DNA of 64,000 nucleotides from Cetorhinus maximus (taxonomy: Eukaryota), in assembly GCF_964194155.1 (NCBI RefSeq), contig NC_135893.1, positions 60,140,001-60,204,000 of the forward strand, in the 5' to 3' direction. Position 1 is the first letter of the stretch; every line of letters starts with the position of its first letter. Position numbers and translations under genes: made by a program. Below the pieces are notes generated by a model. The model was given only the letters and a program-made list of their open reading frames with translations. It ran no database searches and was not told where the DNA came from. Positions 59,298 to 64,000 of this stretch are shown piece after piece.

Positions 59298-62206
59298 ATG
59301 GAGAGAAGCAGAAGGATTGCAAATACCCTGAAGGGTGTTTTCCCATTTGTAAGTATAAGGTATCGGTGACATTCTAGGATCCACTGTTACCTTTAATTGG
59401 TTGTGGGGGGTGGGGGGGGGGGGTTGGGTGCAGGGGGGATTTTCTTCACATTCAGCATGCAGTATATGACCAGCAACACCTTGGGTTGGCTGAGCTGGAG
59501 AGAAATCGCTTAGTGCTAGTGACTAGTCTTTTTGACAGCTGCCAGTTTTATTATTTCAGAACCCTGGACTTTAATGTCAAGCAGAATTGGGCTGAATGCT
59601 CAGTCAGACAGGACTGCAGCAGGTTTCTAAGAAGCTGATGCTCCACAATGAGCTCAGTCAATGGGCCCTTAGTTACTCTTAGTATTTGATTCTGATTGAG
59701 ACTCGAGTTTGTCTTGTACCAAGGAAGACTTCCTTTCTGAGCAGTTCATCCCACAGAACTAAGATAAACCTCACTTCCTCTTCATTCCTGCAATTTAGAA
59801 AAGAATTCCATCTCATTCAACTAAAAGTGAATGAAAGTTGTGCCTATTCTGCAGACCCAACACTCGAACTTTTTCCTTACACTGTCCCCATTGCAGGTAC
59901 AAGCAGATCGCTTGGGAGCCGAAGCCAGGACTGGGCTGCGCATCTTGTGGGGAGCTTTACTTTTTCTGGTCATGGCAGCAGTTATCGGGGTCTCAGCCAT
60001 GGGAATACTGAATCTGAGAGAAAGCAACCGGCAGGTAAGTTAAACTCTCAGCTTTGTCCCCTGCCTGCCCTCCAGGCTCAGGGCAATGGGCAGTTCAGGA
60101 ACGGTTATTGAAAGTGAAAAGTTGTTGGAAACTGAACAGGAATTGGCCAGTTTGTAAATTTGAGACACCATGGTTCAGGGACCTTTACAACAAACTGGGA
60201 ATTTTAGAAACAGTCAGGAACTGAACACGGGGACCAGCCTAGAATCTTTAAAAGTTTACAAGAAGCTGGGTATTTTACAGACTCTGACCTGTTTGCTGTG
60301 TGTTTCCTGGAGTTTCTGGTTCTATCTCTGCCACACGTTTGTGGCTCTGGCTTAACGTTTTACCCAAGTTACTCATCTCCATCAGAAACACTGCATTTCA
60401 TTTCAATTAATGGTTCATTTGGCTAATTTTAAAACACTTTGGACTATTGTGAGATTTTTGATCCATAGAATCATATAGCACAGGTGGTCATACTAAGAGG
60501 ACTTCCAGATAGTGCACTTTGAGTGTGATGGTTCCTGATTGTATGTTTTCTGTAAATTTCAGCTCCTTGGACATATTCTGTGCTGTTTCTAAGTGACTCA
60601 AGTTGCTTCTTTTATTTCCAGAGTTAACTCTGTAGAATGTAATAAAGATGCACAGTTAATGCACTGATTTTCCAGATTTTTGAAACTGATTTCATATTAA
60701 TTGTTTAGTGGTACAGAACTTCAGTATTGCTGAAAAAAGGAGACATGCTGTCTAAGTTTTTCATCTTGCACTCATCAGGACAGTTCACAAGAATAACAAC
60801 AGGAAAGGAAACAACAATTTATACTGCTGATTGGTTAGCAACTGGACTCTGGTAGAGGCGTTGCCATGGAGAATGCAGCAGGGAACAGTTAATGGCCAAA
60901 CTTTTCAAATTCAAACCAGACAGGTGAATCTGACTGGTCAAGGCATTGCCATGGGGAATGAACCAGGAAATGGCAGTCCCCCAAGCTTTTGTTTAGTTGA
61001 AAAAGGCACAATCCGTGGGCATGCTCCTTCTGTCTGTGCGTGAATATATGTGACTTTTAGCATGCGTAAGTGAGCCACACTGTGAGCCAGACTAATAATC
61101 TCAAATTGGTTTTCAATGTCATTCTTAGCAACAGGCAAAGTGCTGATGGTACCCAACCAGCCCATGCTTGCAAAACTCAAAACATAGTGTCCAACATCAG
61201 ATGTGATTCCACAATCGGACAACGCTTGCTAAACATTCCTGATTGTGCTTGAGTCAACCTACTGGTCTTGTGATCTGTCCTGACGCGTGTAAGACAAAAA
61301 GGTTGAATTCAAATTGTCAAAGTTTGAGGGGATTTAAACTCTCATTCCCTGGATTGGTCCAGGCCTCTGAAGTAGTGCTCCAATAAAGAAAGAACTTTCA
61401 TTTATGTGAAGCTTTTATATCTTAAAGCACTTTACAGCCAATAAAGTATGTAATGTAGGAAATTCAACAGTGAATTTGCATACAGCAAGCACTTACAAAT
61501 AGCAATGAGATAAATGGCCAGGTAATCTGTTTTTAGTGATGTTGGCTAAGGGATAAATATTGGCTAGGCCACCAGGAGAATTCCAAGCTTTTCAAAACAC
61601 TGCAGTGGGATCTTTTATGTCTACCCTTGCTTTAAAATCTCAGCTGAAAGTCAGCACCTCCAACAGTGCCACACTCTCTTGGTACTGGAGTGCCAGTCTA
61701 CATTTAACATTAAGATCTCTGCTGTGGGACTTAAATCCACAACATACTGTGTGAGATGTAACCCATTGAACCACCACTGCCACCTTGCTTTCCCAGGTAA
61801 GCTCACCAGCTAGGTTGATCGTCTCACCGTAATCCTGCTCATGCTGTAAACTCATCTCCAAGGGAAGACAAATGCATTTTTCATGTACAAATGCATACAC
61901 ATGTTTTTTCTATCTGTATGCATCTGTATTGTCCAGTCTGCCTTTTTTCTCTAATAAGGTCTGTGTTGCCATGTTTGTTGCAATTCTGTAAAACCAAGAT
62001 TGAGGAGACCACAGCCACAGATTTGAGGTTTTCTCTGGTTTTAATATTTGAGTTTCTACTCTCCCCAGGTTGTTCAGATAACATTTCACGATGTGCAGGG
62101 TGCCATGGTCAGTCAGTCAGTGGTTGTGAACAAAGAGGAGGATCTGGTAACTTACCACATAATGGACAGGAACCACACAACAGTGGTGCTGTTTGACAGT
62201 AAGAAT
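59298..62206 (+). CDS. BRICD5: BRICHOS domain-containing protein 5, partial: join(59298-59348,59897-60034,62069-62206); continues past the window
   Basis: MERSRRIANTLKGVFPF | type-II TM segment ILWGALLFLVMAAVIGVSAMGIL | VVQITF…SQSVVVNKEEDLVTYHIMDRNHTTVVLFDSKN. All donors GTAAGT, phase 0; follows PGP on the same strand. An upstream in-frame ATG at 59223 is an alternative start. Confidence 0.8.
60700..61253 (-). mobile_element. Penelope-like element fragment (family B), internally inverted, with hammerhead at 60748-60783
   Basis: - strand: endonuclease C-terminus remnant NQFEIISLAHSVAHLRMLKVTYIH, 3'UTR, then CUGUC-CUGAUGA-GUGCAAGAU-GAAA-AACU-UA-GACAG. + strand about 61130-61253: DSTIGQRLLNIPDCA remnant. 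Confidence 0.78.
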
Positions 62207-62566
62207 GTAAGTAAAGGGCTGAAGTGGCTCCATTGATGAAGAATGTTTTATGTATTCAGTTACGACTTGCTGCTCAGATCTTTCTCAGAAGGATCCTCAG
62301 ACTATAACTGGAGGAGTCTCAGTCTCAGTTACATAGAATTTATCGCACGACAACGGGCCAATTAGTTCAACTGGTCTATTCCAATGTTTATGCTTCACAT
62401 AATCCTCCTTCCACCTTACTTCATCTAACCCTATCAGCATGTCCTTCCATTCCTTTCTTCCTCATGTATTTAACTAGCTGCTCCCTATACTATATGCATC
62501 TATTCTATTTGCTTCAAGAACACTATGTGGTAGCGAGTTCAACATTCTAAGCACTTCCTAGGTAAA

Positions 62567-63245
62567 GAATCACAGAATCACACAGTGCAGAAGAGGCCCT
62601 TCGGCCTATTGAGTCCGCACAGACACATGAGAAACACCTGACCTACCTGCCTAATCCCATTTACCATCACTTGGCCCATAGCCATGAATGTGATGACGTG
62701 CCAAGTGCTCATCCAGGTACTTTTTAAAGGATGTGAGGCAGCCCGCCACCATCACCCTCCCAGGCAGCGCATTCCAGGCTGTCACCACCCTCTGGGTAAA
62801 AAAGTTTTTCCTCACATCCCCCCTAAACTTCCTGCCCCTCACCTTGAACTTGTGTCCCCTTGTGACTGACCCTTCAACTAAGGGGAACAGCTGCTCCCTA
62901 TCCACCCTGTCCATGCCCCTCATAATCTTGTACACCTCGATCAGGTCGCCCCTCAGTCTTCTCTGCTCCAACAAAAACAACCCAAGTCTAACCAACCTCT
63001 CTTCATAACTTAAATGTTTCATCCCAGGCAACATCCTGGTGAACCTCCTCTGCACCCCCTCCAGTGCAATCACATCCTTCCTATAATGTGGCGACCAGAA
63101 CTGCACACAGTACTCCAGCTGTGGCCTCACCAAGGTTCTATACGACTCCAACATGACCTCCCTACTTTTGTAATGTATGCCTCGATTGATAAAGGCAAGT
63201 GTCCCATATGCCTTTTTCACCACCCCACTAACATGCCCCTCCACC
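62567..63245 (-). mobile_element. Young CR1 LINE 3' fragment
   Basis: Uninterrupted 197-aa ORF2 C-terminus ([23 protein letters not shown]…) with a (TGATTCTG)n-type tail. Confidence 0.9.
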
Positions 63246-63902
63246 TGAATTCGCTATTGGATTTCTTTTGTGACTGTTGCATACTTATTGACCCCTAGTT
63301 TGGACTCCCCCACAAGTGGAAACATCTTTCAGGTAGAAAACTTGGAAATCCAGGTTTTCCTGTATTCTGTGGAGTTTTAGCCCAGAGGTCAGCCTGAGTG
63401 ACAGGCTTGGTTTTCACTTGGGCAGGGAAAACTCCAGAGCAGGTGACAGGAGCAGGTAGGAAGTATTTTGCTGTTGCTACTGGGAGTCTGGCAGGGTTGG
63501 GTGTCTAATGCATGACCCCGAGATGGCTGCCTGACCGCTTACACCACTAAAATTTGTATGTGGGGAGGGGGAAAAAGAGAATTTGGGGAGCTGGGGAAGC
63601 ACTCCTGCTCCACCTAGCCTACAGACAGAGCTGTAAGGGCACTTCTCCCCAAATCTGTCCTTGCCTCAGCTAATCAGGCCTCAACCAGCCTCATTAAAAT
63701 ATTTAAATTGCCAACCCGGCTCCTGAGAGCAGGTTGTCTGCCCACCCTTTCTCCTTCTTCTGCTAAACCCAGAAATGGGTGGGTCGAGGTCAGGTTTGAG
63801 ACTTTTAAAATTTTAAATATAACCCGCTCCAACCCACCCATTTTTGGGTGTTAAAATTCATCCCATAATTTTCAGACTCATAACTTTGACTCACCACAAG
63901 AC

Positions 63903-64000
63903 TAGAGTGACCAACTGTCCTGTATTTTAAGGGACTGTCCCTTATTTTGTCTGTTTGTCCTGTGTCCCTTAAGGGACGCCTTTTGTCCCTTATTTCTAGG
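63903..64000. mobile_element. Probable hAT (Blackjack-type) transposon terminus
   Basis: TAGAGTGACCAACTGTCC resembles the TAGGGTGACCA TIR; subterminal TGTCCC repeats. Confidence 0.55.

Noticed and set aside
62651-63244. Intact 197-aa ORF as a possible host gene
   Set aside because: It is the CR1 ORF2 C-terminus; intactness reflects recent insertion.

Overview
Eukaryotic, intron-rich and TE-dense DNA. The repeat content (HE1-like and DeuSINE-like SINEs, CR1/L2 LINEs, Penelope-like elements) points to a cartilaginous fish (shark). I reconstructed four genes by hand from GT-AG exons with consistent phases: ZDHHC4 (+, 6 coding exons, 52-12267, 339 aa), E4F1 (-, 14 exons, 47622-16007, 759 aa), PGP (+, 2 exons, 49001-51829, 307 aa) and the first 3 coding exons of BRICD5 (+, from 59298). 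E4F1 and PGP are divergent around a CpG-rich promoter with a ZNF143 motif. The most striking non-coding signal is about 9 minimal type-I hammerhead-ribozyme motifs from two Penelope-like (PLE) families. One (5260-5295, -) has a perfect core. Two sit in tiny fold-back insertions with target-site duplications, one of which makes a 62-bp hairpin in the PGP 3'UTR. All copies keeping both core motifs are antisense to their host genes. Other features include a Copia LTR remnant with a tRNA-iMet PBS, a near full-length CR1 with nested inserts, a Harbinger remnant and solo LTRs. Gene and TE-family names come from recalled homology, not database searches, and TE boundaries are approximate unless a TSD is given.
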